From: an uncultured virus (IMG/VR IMGVR_UViG_3300005512_000013)
Taxonomy: Duplodnaviria > Heunggongvirae > Uroviricota > Caudoviricetes
Reading direction: 5' to 3' (one strand)
Length of the DNA stretch: 64,000 nucleotides
IMG/VR virus record: IMGVR_UViG_3300005512_000013
This document shows, piece by piece, positions 39,591 through 48,984 of the stretch (position 1 is the stretch's first letter; every line of letters begins with the position of its first letter). The notes under the pieces are model-generated. The model had not been told where the DNA came from, searched no databases, and saw nothing but the letters and a program-made list of their open reading frames with translations. A program made the translations under genes and the position numbers.

Positions 39591-42080
39591 ACCGAACAGG
39601 TATTCTGCTCTGAGGACTCCGTTGATGTCGAGGCTTCCGGTGGGTGGGCTAGGCTCGACCTCACACCCGAGCTGCTGCTCAGCATACGCCGTGAGCTGTT
39701 CGAGCTGGTTGACTTGGTGAACTTCAAGGAATGTCTCCTTAATGATCTGACGCATGGCAGGAATCTGTGGGGCAGGACACCCATAGCTGTCATGAATCAT
39801 ACTAAAATTAATTACACCTGCTTTGTGCATACCCAGGATAGCGAGGCGCATGTGCGCCGCATCAAAGGAGTGGATGAAGTTAGGAGCGATGGCTCCCCTG
39901 GCGGAGGGTCCGTCAGGATTCTTAGTGGGCTCACCGAAGGTGACCTGCTGAATGTACTTCTTCCCGTATAGATGCGAGCGACTGACCTTAGGGACAAACT
40001 CTACGTACTTATTTACTACAGTCATACCGCCGGGAACTTCCCAGCGCATATGCCTCCCGCTCTCAGAGTAGAGGTCGGAGATGTAGCGGACGTAGTCCTT
40101 ACCCTTGTTGCTTTCCACCATGGCACCGTCCAATCCGTGGATGGTGAGGAAGGCCAGCTCATTAACAGCTGCGGCCATCTGATCCTTCGGTACCCAGGAG
40201 AGGTGTCCCTCTTCCCTGGCGTACTTACGAATCCCATGCGGTGTGATACCATAGGCGTCGCACATTGTGGCACGCTTAACGACCTTGCGATTCAGCGTGC
40301 CCCAGTAGTCGACGAACTTTTGACACCACTCGTTCCCTTGGTTCTCCGCCCGGTGTACCATCTCAGTGGTAGCGATGTCTGCTACGTACTGGTACAGATC
40401 CTGCGGCTTATCAACGGGGACGACGTTGGTCAGCTCAGCAATGACTGGATCCCTGCGGATCGCAGACCAATGCTGGCTGCCATTGCACGCGCCGTCGAGC
40501 TGGACAGGATACGAAGTCGTTCCCTCGCGCACGGCCTCGGCGTAATCTAGGATTGACGCCAGCCGTTGGAAGCTAGGATTCTTCTTCTTCGTTTCGTTGT
40601 CAGCCCACAGCGAGGCTGTCTCTAGTGGGTTGTCGGCTACATAAAGTAACTGGTCGTGGTTGGCATCAACCCAGGCTACTCGGTCATCGAACGAGACCTT
40701 GTCTGATGCTTCACCTTCCCATCCCTCGGCGCCATCCATGGCGTTGGCTAGGGCCACCTTCTGCCAGTAAAAACCCTCGTCGGTCTGCTGGATAGGGGTG
40801 GCGAACTTCAGGAGACCTCGGTCGAAGTCACCCGCCTGCGGGCTCAGCATAGAACACACTGAGTACGCACGGCCACGGAAGTCCATGGTGTAGGAGTGAT
40901 AGAAGAAGCCGAGAGTGTGGAGTTCCTTGGCGAGGCCAAGGCGTACACTCATCTGCATCCTCTTCTGATCTGACTTATGCCATTCAGACCACATCTCTGC
41001 CCGCTCAGCAATACGTTGCCGGCGGTCATGGAGTTCCTGCTCCGTCTCGTCACCCCTGAGATCGGATACTCGAGGCATAGATACACGATCTAGGTCACGG
41101 GGCGGAAGGTTACAGAACTCCCAGTTATTATTGAACATTGTCTCCATCACATCCAAGACAGGCTTGTTGATGGACCACTCAGTTCTTTGCAGGATATTAA
41201 GCGCGTCGAGATCATGCTGAGTGGGCTTACTTATCCCGTCGATTGTGTCCTTGCGGAGATTCAACTCCAGGGGACCACCAGCCAGCTCGAGCGTGTGCTC
41301 TACTGGCGGGACAATCATTGGACGATAGATCATCTTAAGGAATGCTTCGATAGCATGCAGGTTAACGAGGCGGTCGATGATTGCTTCATCGATGTAGACT
41401 ACAGTCTCTGACTTGTAGGCTCCGCCCTTGTTAGTCCTGATCTGTCTCTGCTCTTTGTGGATGACCTTGGATAGCGTAGCGATATGTAGGATATGATTTC
41501 CTACCTCGGCTACCTCTCTTGGTTTCCAATCAATACCGCCCCCGAACTTCTTAGAGAAGGCGTCGCATCTCTTAGGCTCCCAGTTCTTTAGGAAGTGAGA
41601 CTGCTTCTTCCAGTCTTCGAGGTTGGTGTCCTTAGCTCTGCGGTACTCGCAGATCTTCTTTACTGCTTTGCCTACCTGCTTAGCCAGGCTCTGGTATGAG
41701 TACTTCAGCTTACCTCCACGGTAGTCTGTTGTCTCATCCAGCGTCTCTTTAGACAGGAGCGTCTGAACAATCTCGGAGATGACAATAGCAGCGAGAGTCT
41801 CGGGCTCTAGGATAAAGAGCGGCGAGAACCATTTCTGAACCTTTACTGCATCGTAGTCAGGCATCTGCTTGAAGTAATCTAGCCATGCCGTGTACGGGGC
41901 AGCCGCCTGGTTAACAAACTCCCAGATGAGCTGCTGCTCTGGCGTACCCGACGACGGGTCATCGTCGTAGGATTTCCAGTATTGTTTAATAGAGTAATCT
42001 TCAATTTCCAATTCGAGCAACGTCTGCATCTGCACACGCTTCTTTCGCTCTTCCTCGGAGAGTGAGAAAAATCTTTCCAT
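39588..42080 (-). CDS. T7-like single-subunit RNA polymerase (full length, ~830 aa)
   Basis: PMIVPP, DFRGR, motif A DGACNGSQH, DLY, motif B RKVVKRATMCDAYG, PNFIHSFD, motif C IHDSY; GGAGG RBS. Confidence 0.97.
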   Translation of the reverse strand: MERFFSLSEEERKKRVQMQTLLELEIEDYSIKQYWKSYDDDPSSGTPEQQLIWEFVNQAAAPYTAWLDYFKQMPDYDAVKVQKWFSPLFILEPETLAAIVISEIVQTLLSKETLDETTDYRGGKLKYSYQSLAKQVGKAVKKICEYRRAKDTNLEDWKKQSHFLKNWEPKRCDAFSKKFGGGIDWKPREVAEVGNHILHIATLSKVIHKEQRQIRTNKGGAYKSETVVYIDEAIIDRLVNLHAIEAFLKMIYRPMIVPPVEHTLELAGGPLELNLRKDTIDGISKPTQHDLDALNILQRTEWSINKPVLDVMETMFNNNWEFCNLPPRDLDRVSMPRVSDLRGDETEQELHDRRQRIAERAEMWSEWHKSDQKRMQMSVRLGLAKELHTLGFFYHSYTMDFRGRAYSVCSMLSPQAGDFDRGLLKFATPIQQTDEGFYWQKVALANAMDGAEGWEGEASDKVSFDDRVAWVDANHDQLLYVADNPLETASLWADNETKKKNPSFQRLASILDYAEAVREGTTSYPVQLDGACNGSQHWSAIRRDPVIAELTNVVPVDKPQDLYQYVADIATTEMVHRAENQGNEWCQKFVDYWGTLNRKVVKRATMCDAYGITPHGIRKYAREEGHLSWVPKDQMAAAVNELAFLTIHGLDGAMVESNKGKDYVRYISDLYSESGRHMRWEVPGGMTVVNKYVEFVPKVSRSHLYGKKYIQQVTFGEPTKNPDGPSARGAIAPNFIHSFDAAHMRLAILGMHKAGVINFSMIHDSYGCPAPQIPAMRQIIKETFLEVHQVNQLEQLTAYAEQQLGCEVEPSPPTGSLDINGVLRAEYLFG

Positions 42081-42090
42081 AGAAACCTCC

Positions 42091-42119
42091 AAAATTTTTT
42101 CAACCTATTTTTGAAAATT
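42091..42119. promoter_or_regulatory. AT-rich palindromic site TTTTCAA-N7-TTGAAAA, copy B, abutting the RNAP RBS
   Basis: 25/29 identical to 37877-37905. Confidence 0.5.
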
Positions 42120-42127
42120 CACGTACA

Positions 42128-44014
42128 TCAGATGTTGTCTGCGATCTCGCAGCTTCCACCTGAACAGGCCAACGTCTGACTAGACTTGGTCTCATCCGTG
42201 AGTTCATAGTTGGTAAGCTTAGACCAGTCCAGCTTAGGCATGGCTGCAAGCGCAGCCTCATAGGTGTCCTTGTCGATGGCTTCCAGAGGAGCCTGCTTAT
42301 ACACGGCATCCTGCTTGGGCAGGAAGCTGAGACCCTGGGCGATATTCCAGTACTTTGTGTAGAGATCGGACATGATATCCATGTACTCGTCCTCGTTGTA
42401 GGTAATAGTAACAGAAGGGTTGTGGTCAGTATACATCTGCTTGACCATAGCCCACGTTTCCAGCTGCGCCTTGGCGTTAGGCTCTTGAACCTCTCGGTCA
42501 ACGCCCACTGGGAAAGTGAACACCCAGGTGTTGGCTGGGTTGTTAACTTCGGGCTCACCGGGCACGCCTTGGTCAATCATCAGCTGGCACAGGGGATCCT
42601 TACGATCCATCCTGACGCGTCGCAGATAATACTGACCCCATCGCTCATGGATGCCGCTGGAGCTGTCCACGAGGATGCTGACGGTCCCTGAGGGCTTCAC
42701 AGTGGTGACAGCAGCGGGACGGTTGATGCCCAGCTTCTCTGCCCACAATTCAGCTGTTCGATTAGCCGACCGGCGGAGCTCCTCAAGGGTACTAGGTCCC
42801 CAGGTACCGTCGGCCATACCAGTAAGAGAGACGCCAAGGAGGGCTTCCTCTTCGGTGTTGTTCTTCCACGCCTTACGGAGGTAAGGGAAGTTGGTACAGC
42901 TGGCCTGGATGCAGCCAATGACGGTTGCAGCCTGGACCTTCTTGACCAGATCGTCCTGGGTGTCCGTACTACGCATGACCACCTCAGTGAGGTTACAGAA
43001 CTGCATAGGACGCAGCGTGATCTCACCGCAGGGGTTGGTGCCGAAGTGATGATCGGCATCACGACCGATGTCTTGGGAGCAGCTCTGGGCTGCCTGGCGG
43101 TTGAAGATACCTCGCTCGCCGGAGTAGCTCCGGTAGAGGCTAAGGGCTTCTTCCATGAAGACATCCACGGCAGGCTTGTTAGTGTGAACGGCGCTGTTGT
43201 TAGACAGAGCACGATACGGGTGGGTTTCCCACCAGTTGCCGGACTTAGCCAGCGCCATCTCCTTATCGTTGAGATCAGACAGGGAGATCATTGCCGATCG
43301 GCGGACACCGCCAACGATCACGCTGTTAGCGATGACGCAGGCCATGTCGTGGATCTCAATGGGTCGGAGGCGGCGGTCCTGGGCCTTGTAGAAAGCGTTG
43401 GTAATAAACCGCAGGCAATCCTCAAGGGGACCAGGGCCGCTTGCACGCCCTCCGAAGGTCTTCAGACGCGCACCGCTCTCCCGGATACCAGAGATATCCC
43501 AGGTGGGGTGCACTCCTCCGAGCAGCGAGGACATGAGTGCCTTGACGGCATCAGCCCAGCCTTGCTTGGAGTCCTTTACTTTAATAATAACTGACTCATC
43601 GCGCGTGATCTGAGGGACCACGGGCCACTTGTCGGTGACACGCTGTTCGACTGAGTAGCCGACGCCGGTGCCACACATGAGCACGAAGAGCAGCTCGGCC
43701 ATAGCGATGGGCGAGTCCAGCTCAAGGTACGAGCAGTTGTAGATACAGGTGTTGTCTCGGTCAGCTGCCGGGCCAGCGGTCATCAGGGACCGCATGCTAG
43801 GCATGACGTCAAGGTTGTATACCATCTCTCGCAGGTCATAGTCGTATTCGCTCAGGGTAATGTCGCACTTGGCGGCCTGCTCAGTGAGCCAGCCATGCCA
43901 GCGGTCGACGGTTTCGCTCCAGCCCTCACGCCGGCCCAGCTCAGGGTTCCAGCGGGAGTACTTGGAGAGGTGGATATATTCTTGGAGCGGGCTCCATCCA
44001 TCCGGGTATTCCAT
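42128..44014 (-). CDS. nrdJ: Class II (B12-dependent, monomeric-type) ribonucleotide reductase
   Basis: PSMR, NCSY, GTGVG, VGGVRRSA, TNPCGEI, CNLTE, KPSGT and C-terminal CSGGSC; no small-subunit gene seen. Confidence 0.9.
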   Translation of the reverse strand: MEYPDGWSPLQEYIHLSKYSRWNPELGRREGWSETVDRWHGWLTEQAAKCDITLSEYDYDLREMVYNLDVMPSMRSLMTAGPAADRDNTCIYNCSYLELDSPIAMAELLFVLMCGTGVGYSVEQRVTDKWPVVPQITRDESVIIKVKDSKQGWADAVKALMSSLLGGVHPTWDISGIRESGARLKTFGGRASGPGPLEDCLRFITNAFYKAQDRRLRPIEIHDMACVIANSVIVGGVRRSAMISLSDLNDKEMALAKSGNWWETHPYRALSNNSAVHTNKPAVDVFMEEALSLYRSYSGERGIFNRQAAQSCSQDIGRDADHHFGTNPCGEITLRPMQFCNLTEVVMRSTDTQDDLVKKVQAATVIGCIQASCTNFPYLRKAWKNNTEEEALLGVSLTGMADGTWGPSTLEELRRSANRTAELWAEKLGINRPAAVTTVKPSGTVSILVDSSSGIHERWGQYYLRRVRMDRKDPLCQLMIDQGVPGEPEVNNPANTWVFTFPVGVDREVQEPNAKAQLETWAMVKQMYTDHNPSVTITYNEDEYMDIMSDLYTKYWNIAQGLSFLPKQDAVYKQAPLEAIDKDTYEAALAAMPKLDWSKLTNYELTDETKSSQTLACSGGSCEIADNI

Positions 44015-44015
44015 C

Positions 44016-44396
44016 TCAGTCCTTTCCAGTTGAACCAAAGCCGCCTTCTCCTCTGACGGTGTCGTCGAGGGCGGTGACTTCGATGGGGTCTACATTCATA
44101 TAGGGGACAACAATAAGTTGTGCGATACGCTCGCCCACGGTAGGGACGTAGCCAGCAATCTTAAGGAGGATCTCACCTCGGTAGTCAGAGTCGATGATAC
44201 CGACTGTGTTCTTGAGGTATAGCCCTTCAGACCCGAGGCTGCTGCGGGGTACAACCATGCCGAAGGTGCCTTCGGGGAGTTGGACACGCAGTCCGGTATG
44301 CACGGTGTCGCCATCAATAGCGGCAACAGTTAGGTCGAGGCCAGCGCTGTTGGGCGTGCCTCGTTGGGGCTCGGGGCCCGTGAATGGGAGAATCAT
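44016..44396 (-). CDS. dut: dUTPase
   Basis: AGLDL, PRSS, GIIDSDYRGE, RIAQL and RGEGGFGSTG. Confidence 0.95.
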   Translation of the reverse strand: MILPFTGPEPQRGTPNSAGLDLTVAAIDGDTVHTGLRVQLPEGTFGMVVPRSSLGSEGLYLKNTVGIIDSDYRGEILLKIAGYVPTVGERIAQLIVVPYMNVDPIEVTALDDTVRGEGGFGSTGKD

Positions 44397-44496
44397 AGGT
44401 ATTCCTTGGGGCGACACCAGTTGTCGTAGCGGGACCAGAGGTCCGTAATAAAATGCGGTCGGGTCCGCAGCTTGTGAAAATGTCTAATTATCCTTC

Positions 44497-44637
44497 TCAC
44501 CATGCGTGGGGATCCTCGTCGCCAGCATCGTGCCCCGTAGGGGTGACACGGCGGGCTTCTTCTTCTGCTCTCTTAGCAGCTTCAGCGATTGCCTTTGCGC
44601 AGTGATCGTTTATCGGCCTGTTCTCTTGTGTATTCAT
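44497..44637 (-). CDS. Hypothetical small protein (46 aa)
   Basis: GGAG RBS before MNTQEN. Confidence 0.4.
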   Translation of the reverse strand: MNTQENRPINDHCAKAIAEAAKRAEEEARRVTPTGHDAGDEDPHAW

Positions 44638-44983
44638 CGATGTGCTCCAGTAGAGAGTCGACGGATGCCTGCATGACATCGGCGTCTGCTCTTTCGCTGA
44701 TCTTAATAGTTCCGTAATAGAACTCCTTGGTGACGTAAGTAGAAGCGGCAACGTCGCCGTTCTTGCCTTGGTTCTTGATGACGATGAGCAGGGAGTTGAG
44801 CTTCTTGAGCTCAGTACCATTCCAGCCGCCGGCCTCGACGGACCAGCTTGGGGGTCGGCCTGCGTACTCCTTGATCTCGATCTTAGCGCCGAGCGTTTTG
44901 AGTTGCTCGACCTTAGAGTTCAGCATCTTCTGGTAAGAGGAGGCTGACTTCAGCTTTGGATAAATATATTCAGTTTTGTGCAT
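44582..44983 (-). CDS. Hypothetical protein (133 aa)
   Basis: GAGGAG RBS before MHKTEY. Confidence 0.55.
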   Translation of the reverse strand: MHKTEYIYPKLKSASSYQKMLNSKVEQLKTLGAKIEIKEYAGRPPSWSVEAGGWNGTELKKLNSLLIVIKNQGKNGDVAASTYVTKEFYYGTIKISERADADVMQASVDSLLEHIDEYTREQADKRSLRKGNR

Positions 44984-45194
44984 TACGCCACTCCTCGAGC
45001 TTAGCTTCGTACTCAGGAGATTCATGACCGAATTCTTCAGCCATCTCCATAAGTTCGATGCCGAGCTCATAGCGAGTCAGGCCTTTGCCGCGAGTGCGGT
45101 TGACGTCGCCCTTGCCCGTGTCGGTGGCCCTGTAGTTAGGACCTCCATTACGAGCTCGGGCTTGAGCCTTTCTTAGTCTATCATGTGCTGACAT
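44970..45194 (-). CDS. Hypothetical protein (74 aa), first gene after promoter copy 2
   Basis: GGAG RBS; GKGDxxR motif. Confidence 0.6.
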   Translation of the reverse strand: MSAHDRLRKAQARARNGGPNYRATDTGKGDVNRTRGKGLTRYELGIELMEMAEEFGHESPEYEAKLEEWRNAQN

Positions 45195-45281
45195 AATAAA
45201 ACTCCACTTGTAAATTCTAAGCTGTAATACTTAGTTGGTGATATAGATATAGAATGTACTCAAGTTCAACTTAGTATTTGA

Positions 45282-45303
45282 ATACTACTAAGCCATACAA
45301 CCT
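45282..45303 (-). promoter_or_regulatory. Putative phage RNAP promoter, copy 2 (replication module)
   Basis: AGGTTGTATGGCTTAGTAGTAT, a perfect 22-bp repeat. Confidence 0.7.
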
Positions 45304-45325
45304 CAGCGGCCTTATATCGCCGGTT

Positions 45326-45868
45326 TTACTGGACGCTTCCGTCGTAGTTCTCTCTCCATGCCCAGCAGAAGATAGGCAGTCGACCACATAGAGCGAGCTC
45401 GGGCGCTTGCTCGGGGGTCATAGCGAGGACGTCAGCGAACATGGCGGTGTACAGCGCGGCGTTCGGGTAGATCGCCTTGCCGATCACTTCCCATACTGCA
45501 TCGGTCATCTCATCTCTCTTAATCAGCAAACTAGGCGGAAATTCTGCATCAAATGTGGATAAAACGGGGTCAGGCTCGCCTTCGGTGGCAAAAGAGCCTC
45601 CCCAACCCGGAATTTTCTGCTTATTTCTCGCCAAAATAGCGATTTCTTGCTTGAAATCCTGGTGGGGCAAGTTCCACAGGCGGCAGGCCTGGGTGATCGG
45701 GGCATGAGCATTGCCGAGAGTCAAAAGTGCGGCTGCAACGGACTCGGGCAGAGGGCGGCCCAGTTGGGCCATAGACTTCGCCAGAACAGTGGACGCATTG
45801 TCTCGACACGCGAGCAGTCGATGCATATGTTCAGCGGAAGTCCGGATGGAATCTTCGTAAGAGGTCAT
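45326..45868 (-). CDS. Truncated citrate-synthase-like protein
   Basis: NAST, AAALLTLGNAH, KIPGWG, DP, IYPN and GRLP occur in the order of citrate synthase motifs. Confidence 0.6.
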   Translation of the reverse strand: MTSYEDSIRTSAEHMHRLLACRDNASTVLAKSMAQLGRPLPESVAAALLTLGNAHAPITQACRLWNLPHQDFKQEIAILARNKQKIPGWGGSFATEGEPDPVLSTFDAEFPPSLLIKRDEMTDAVWEVIGKAIYPNAALYTAMFADVLAMTPEQAPELALCGRLPIFCWAWRENYDGSVQ

Positions 45869-45906
45869 GGTAGGTGTCCTTAGAGGGCTTCATGATAGTG
45901 AACTGT
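45866..45906 (-). repeat. 41/42-bp direct repeat (motif + RBS + ATG), partner at 50884-50925
   Basis: ACAGTTCACTATCATGAAGCCC(T)TCTAAGGACACCTACYATG; 1 mismatch and 1 indel between copies. Confidence 0.85.
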
Positions 45907-45930
45907 AAAACGTGATAGTGAAACTTCGCT

Positions 45931-46428
45931 TCAGTCTGTGCGCCAAATGCAATGCATCGGCCAGGACTCCAGCTTGCCATCAGCGCCGGGATACAGGATG
46001 TTGAATTCATTAACAACACCATCGTAGTCGGCCAACCAAGCTTCCCACTCATACATGTTATCTTGCACGAACATGTCGTAGTTGAAGGTCATGTACATAG
46101 AGTTGATACCGCATTCGTTCAGCTGAACGGTAAGCTCATTGGCCTGATCATTAGCAAAATCCTCAACGGATTCCTGGGCTTGAGCATGTGCTTCATCCCA
46201 GTCCGTGATCATGTAGGTGTTGCCAAGCAGCTCAACCTCAACGCCAGATCCGCTAAAGGTGGGACCACCCTGATCACGGAGGTCGCGAATCAGGGCAGCC
46301 ACCTCAGCGTTGTCACGCACGTCTTCGTGTTCAACCACAGCGTTGACACAAAAGCGAACAAGGTCATTGTCGGTGAGGTCTTCGAGCTCGCACACCTTGT
46401 TGGTGCGCTTAAGGGTAAGGTCAGCCAT
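45931..46428 (-). CDS. Acidic protein, possible ArdA-like antirestriction protein
   Basis: Very acidic; YMTFNYDMFVQD..LADYDG loosely resembles the ArdA C-terminal region. Confidence 0.35.
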   Translation of the reverse strand: MADLTLKRTNKVCELEDLTDNDLVRFCVNAVVEHEDVRDNAEVAALIRDLRDQGGPTFSGSGVEVELLGNTYMITDWDEAHAQAQESVEDFANDQANELTVQLNECGINSMYMTFNYDMFVQDNMYEWEAWLADYDGVVNEFNILYPGADGKLESWPMHCIWRTD

Positions 46429-46645
46429 TGTAGTTTCCATTCGAGCCAGCGTTACGGAAATCATTCTCAGCATCCCGGTAGAATTGCTCACGCGTAGACA
46501 GCTTACGCTGGTTGAGAGGCTGGATGTTCTTGTAGGTCTTACCTTCGAAGGCACCCTCAGTAATGAGGAGTTCCTCGATGCGGGTAAGCTCAGCGATTAG
46601 TACATTACGCCGGAGCCGAAGCCCCTTGAGTTCGTCACTTGTCAT
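46421..46645 (-). CDS. Hypothetical protein (74 aa)
   Basis: GGAG RBS before MTSDEL. Confidence 0.55.
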   Translation of the reverse strand: MTSDELKGLRLRRNVLIAELTRIEELLITEGAFEGKTYKNIQPLNQRKLSTREQFYRDAENDFRNAGSNGNYNG

Positions 46646-46647
46646 TA

Positions 46648-47337
46648 TTAATCTCCAATTAGATAGTCGGAAGACATAGGAAATAGCGCCGACATTTCTT
46701 CCTTGACGGCACTGGCATAGGGCCAGCACTCAGCTTGAGCGTGGCTATCCTGGCGCAGCTTAATAAAGCGTGCCCACGCCATGAGGCTACCTGTCCAGAT
46801 CCACTCCGTCATCATACTCTGCGGCATGAACATGCGGGCTTGCTCAGGGCACACACCCTGATGGATCATGGTCTTGTAGTTACGGGTATGCTCACGCATT
46901 TCTCCCACATAGGCCTCGAGGATGTCGCCGGTAATAGGCGTCTCACCCTCAGATACACTGCCCTGCTTCATGTTGTCAGGACGCAGGCGGTAAGACTCGG
47001 GGATGAAGAACGTGGGCGGGGTGTCGACATAGCGTCGGGACACCTCGTTCCACGCGAAGCCAATAACATGCTTCTGGAACTGTCGTGCCACAAACATAGG
47101 CGCCTTGAATCTAAACTTAATTGAGGTATGAGCAAAGGGGGACCAATGGTCATGCTCAGCCAAATACTTAATAAGACGTTCATTCTGGTGAGCAGTAAAG
47201 CCCGAAGCATCCTTGTCGAAAGATACTCGAGCAGCGTCACACACGGCCATATCATCACCCATCGAGTCGATAAACTCAACGGGCTTGACCTTAGAAGTCT
47301 CGTAGCCGTTGGTAATTCTAATCACCGTAGTCTCCAT
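46648..47337 (-). CDS. thyX: Flavin-dependent thymidylate synthase
   Basis: AARVSF, HWSPF, ARQFQKH..NEVSRRY, EQARM and HAQ. Confidence 0.93.
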   Translation of the reverse strand: METTVIRITNGYETSKVKPVEFIDSMGDDMAVCDAARVSFDKDASGFTAHQNERLIKYLAEHDHWSPFAHTSIKFRFKAPMFVARQFQKHVIGFAWNEVSRRYVDTPPTFFIPESYRLRPDNMKQGSVSEGETPITGDILEAYVGEMREHTRNYKTMIHQGVCPEQARMFMPQSMMTEWIWTGSLMAWARFIKLRQDSHAQAECWPYASAVKEEMSALFPMSSDYLIGD

Positions 47338-47458
47338 ACATCTCCCGGAGGAGCATCTCTTGGTATTCAGCCTTGCTGATCTCATCGCCAGACGTTTCCG
47401 CATGGCATTCCCGCACGCGCGGGTGATCGGGTTCGAGCTTGTTAATAGGTTCGTCCAT
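47318..47458 (-). CDS. Small hypothetical protein (46 aa, MDEPINKL...)
   Basis: Below the ORF-track cut-off; GAGGA RBS, overlaps the upstream stop. Confidence 0.45.
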   Translation of the reverse strand: MDEPINKLEPDHPRVRECHAETSGDEISKAEYQEMLLREMYGDYGD

Positions 47459-47796
47459 TAGAAATCCTCTAGTCGGGGCACCTCATAGAAGCGCCTGATG
47501 TCGTGGTGAACAGCCAGCGCACGTTCCCAGCTTGCGCCACGGGAATGCTGCCAGTTGTTCATGAGATAGATAGCGTCACACTTAAGGAGTGCTTCGACAT
47601 CACGCAGCGCGCAGGCTGTGTAGTCGTAGTCCCCCATGACACGGGCAGGATCGATGCCAGCCTCACGGTCGAGACGGGCAGGGTTGATACAGGCCCAGCC
47701 TTCGTTAGTAAGCTGGAGTTCCTTAGTGTCAAACGCCTCCCAGTTGAGGTTGGTAATGCCTGACATAGGGCCAGCAATATAAATTGTTTTACTCAT
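47458..47796 (-). CDS. DUF4406 / nucleoside deoxyribosyltransferase-like protein
   Basis: IYIAGPMSG, INPA and CDAIYL..W..SRGA..E. Confidence 0.8.
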   Translation of the reverse strand: MSKTIYIAGPMSGITNLNWEAFDTKELQLTNEGWACINPARLDREAGIDPARVMGDYDYTACALRDVEALLKCDAIYLMNNWQHSRGASWERALAVHHDIRRFYEVPRLEDF

Positions 47797-48793
47797 TAGT
47801 AATAGATTCCTTTGCCTTCCAGAGAATTTCCTCTGCCTTAGTCCGCACTCGGAACTCCTTCTGCCACGCACTTCGGCGTGTGTAGCCGTTGACCGGCTTG
47901 TTGTCAGAGTTACGGATATAGGGGAGAATAATGATGTCTCCCGTGTTACGGCTAATGATCTTACCACTAGTCCAGAGTTCTGAACCGGAGGACTCAGAGG
48001 ATACTGATCGCACTGCCTTAACGGTGCCAGCTTCGATGGTGAACACGAATTCACCAGCATCAGTAGTAATGAGGTGCAAGCCTGTGGGCAAGCCCTCCTG
48101 GTTGTTGTCAATCCAAGTCTGCCAGTCGGTGACGGTACGCATCTTGGCATTGCGAAGCAGACGAGCTTGTCTCTTAGCTGCTTCTTTCCGTTGCTCTTCT
48201 CGGCGTACCTTAGCCCAGCTGACTTGCCGCTTGAATTTATTTACCATACCACGAATGGTTTTCAGCTTAGAGTAGTTACTGTAGGAGATGCGGGACTCAC
48301 GGGCTACCCCGTCGTCGTCCCACGTCATCCACAGGCAGTTGTCGGTGATGCGTGAGTAGCCATAGCCTTCAGCTTCGAGTGCTTGACGCAGCTCTACTGC
48401 AGGCCCGGCGAACCAGGCTTTCACTGCTGCCTTGGCTTCTGCTTTCTCTGCCTCGCGGGCTGCTGCTTCAGCTGCCCACCTCTCTTTGTTTTCTTCGTAG
48501 TACTTCTTGCGCTTAGCTTCTGCTTCAATCTCTATCTGTTCCCCTTTGTTTAGGAGGACGTAGAAGTTTTCCTTGTCGCAGAATGTCCAGATAACCTCGT
48601 TGAGGTCGTGGTTGATCAGCGGGAAGCTGTCGCGTCCCTCCTTACAAGGCAGCGCCTCATACTCATGCGTGGGACGCCACTTGAAGTTGCGGGCCAGCCT
48701 AGTGATAAACGCTGCGGTACCTTCTTCGCTGAACCCAGAGTTGATAGGCTGTCGAACTTTAAGCGTCTTTCCTTGTAGGGTGACCGTTTGCAT
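47789..48793 (-). CDS. Hypothetical protein (334 aa)
   Basis: Long coupled ORF. Confidence 0.65.
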   Translation of the reverse strand: MQTVTLQGKTLKVRQPINSGFSEEGTAAFITRLARNFKWRPTHEYEALPCKEGRDSFPLINHDLNEVIWTFCDKENFYVLLNKGEQIEIEAEAKRKKYYEENKERWAAEAAAREAEKAEAKAAVKAWFAGPAVELRQALEAEGYGYSRITDNCLWMTWDDDGVARESRISYSNYSKLKTIRGMVNKFKRQVSWAKVRREEQRKEAAKRQARLLRNAKMRTVTDWQTWIDNNQEGLPTGLHLITTDAGEFVFTIEAGTVKAVRSVSSESSGSELWTSGKIISRNTGDIIILPYIRNSDNKPVNGYTRRSAWQKEFRVRTKAEEILWKAKESITNE

Positions 48794-48984
48794 TAGATAA
48801 TCTCTCCAACGGCGTAGAGCCAGAATGTCATTGATAGCGTGGCAAGTTCTTCGCCATGCAGTGTTACTCGGTTACCCCGCATACGGAGCAGGGTATTCAT
48901 TACCTTGGGCTTCTCTCGAAGCCATTTAACTTGGTCGATCAGCTCAGCGTTGAGCATGTCGGGGTCGTTGCTATAGTTAATCAA
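48793..48984 (-). CDS. Hypothetical protein (63 aa)
   Basis: Coupled ORF. Confidence 0.45.
   Translation of the reverse strand: MINYSNDPDMLNAELIDQVKWLREKPKVMNTLLRMRGNRVTLHGEELATLSMTFWLYAVGEII

Noticed and set aside
45554..45562. Perfect DnaA box (TGTGGATAA)
   Set aside because: Single copy inside a CDS; one 9-mer hit in 64 kb on two strands is expected by chance.
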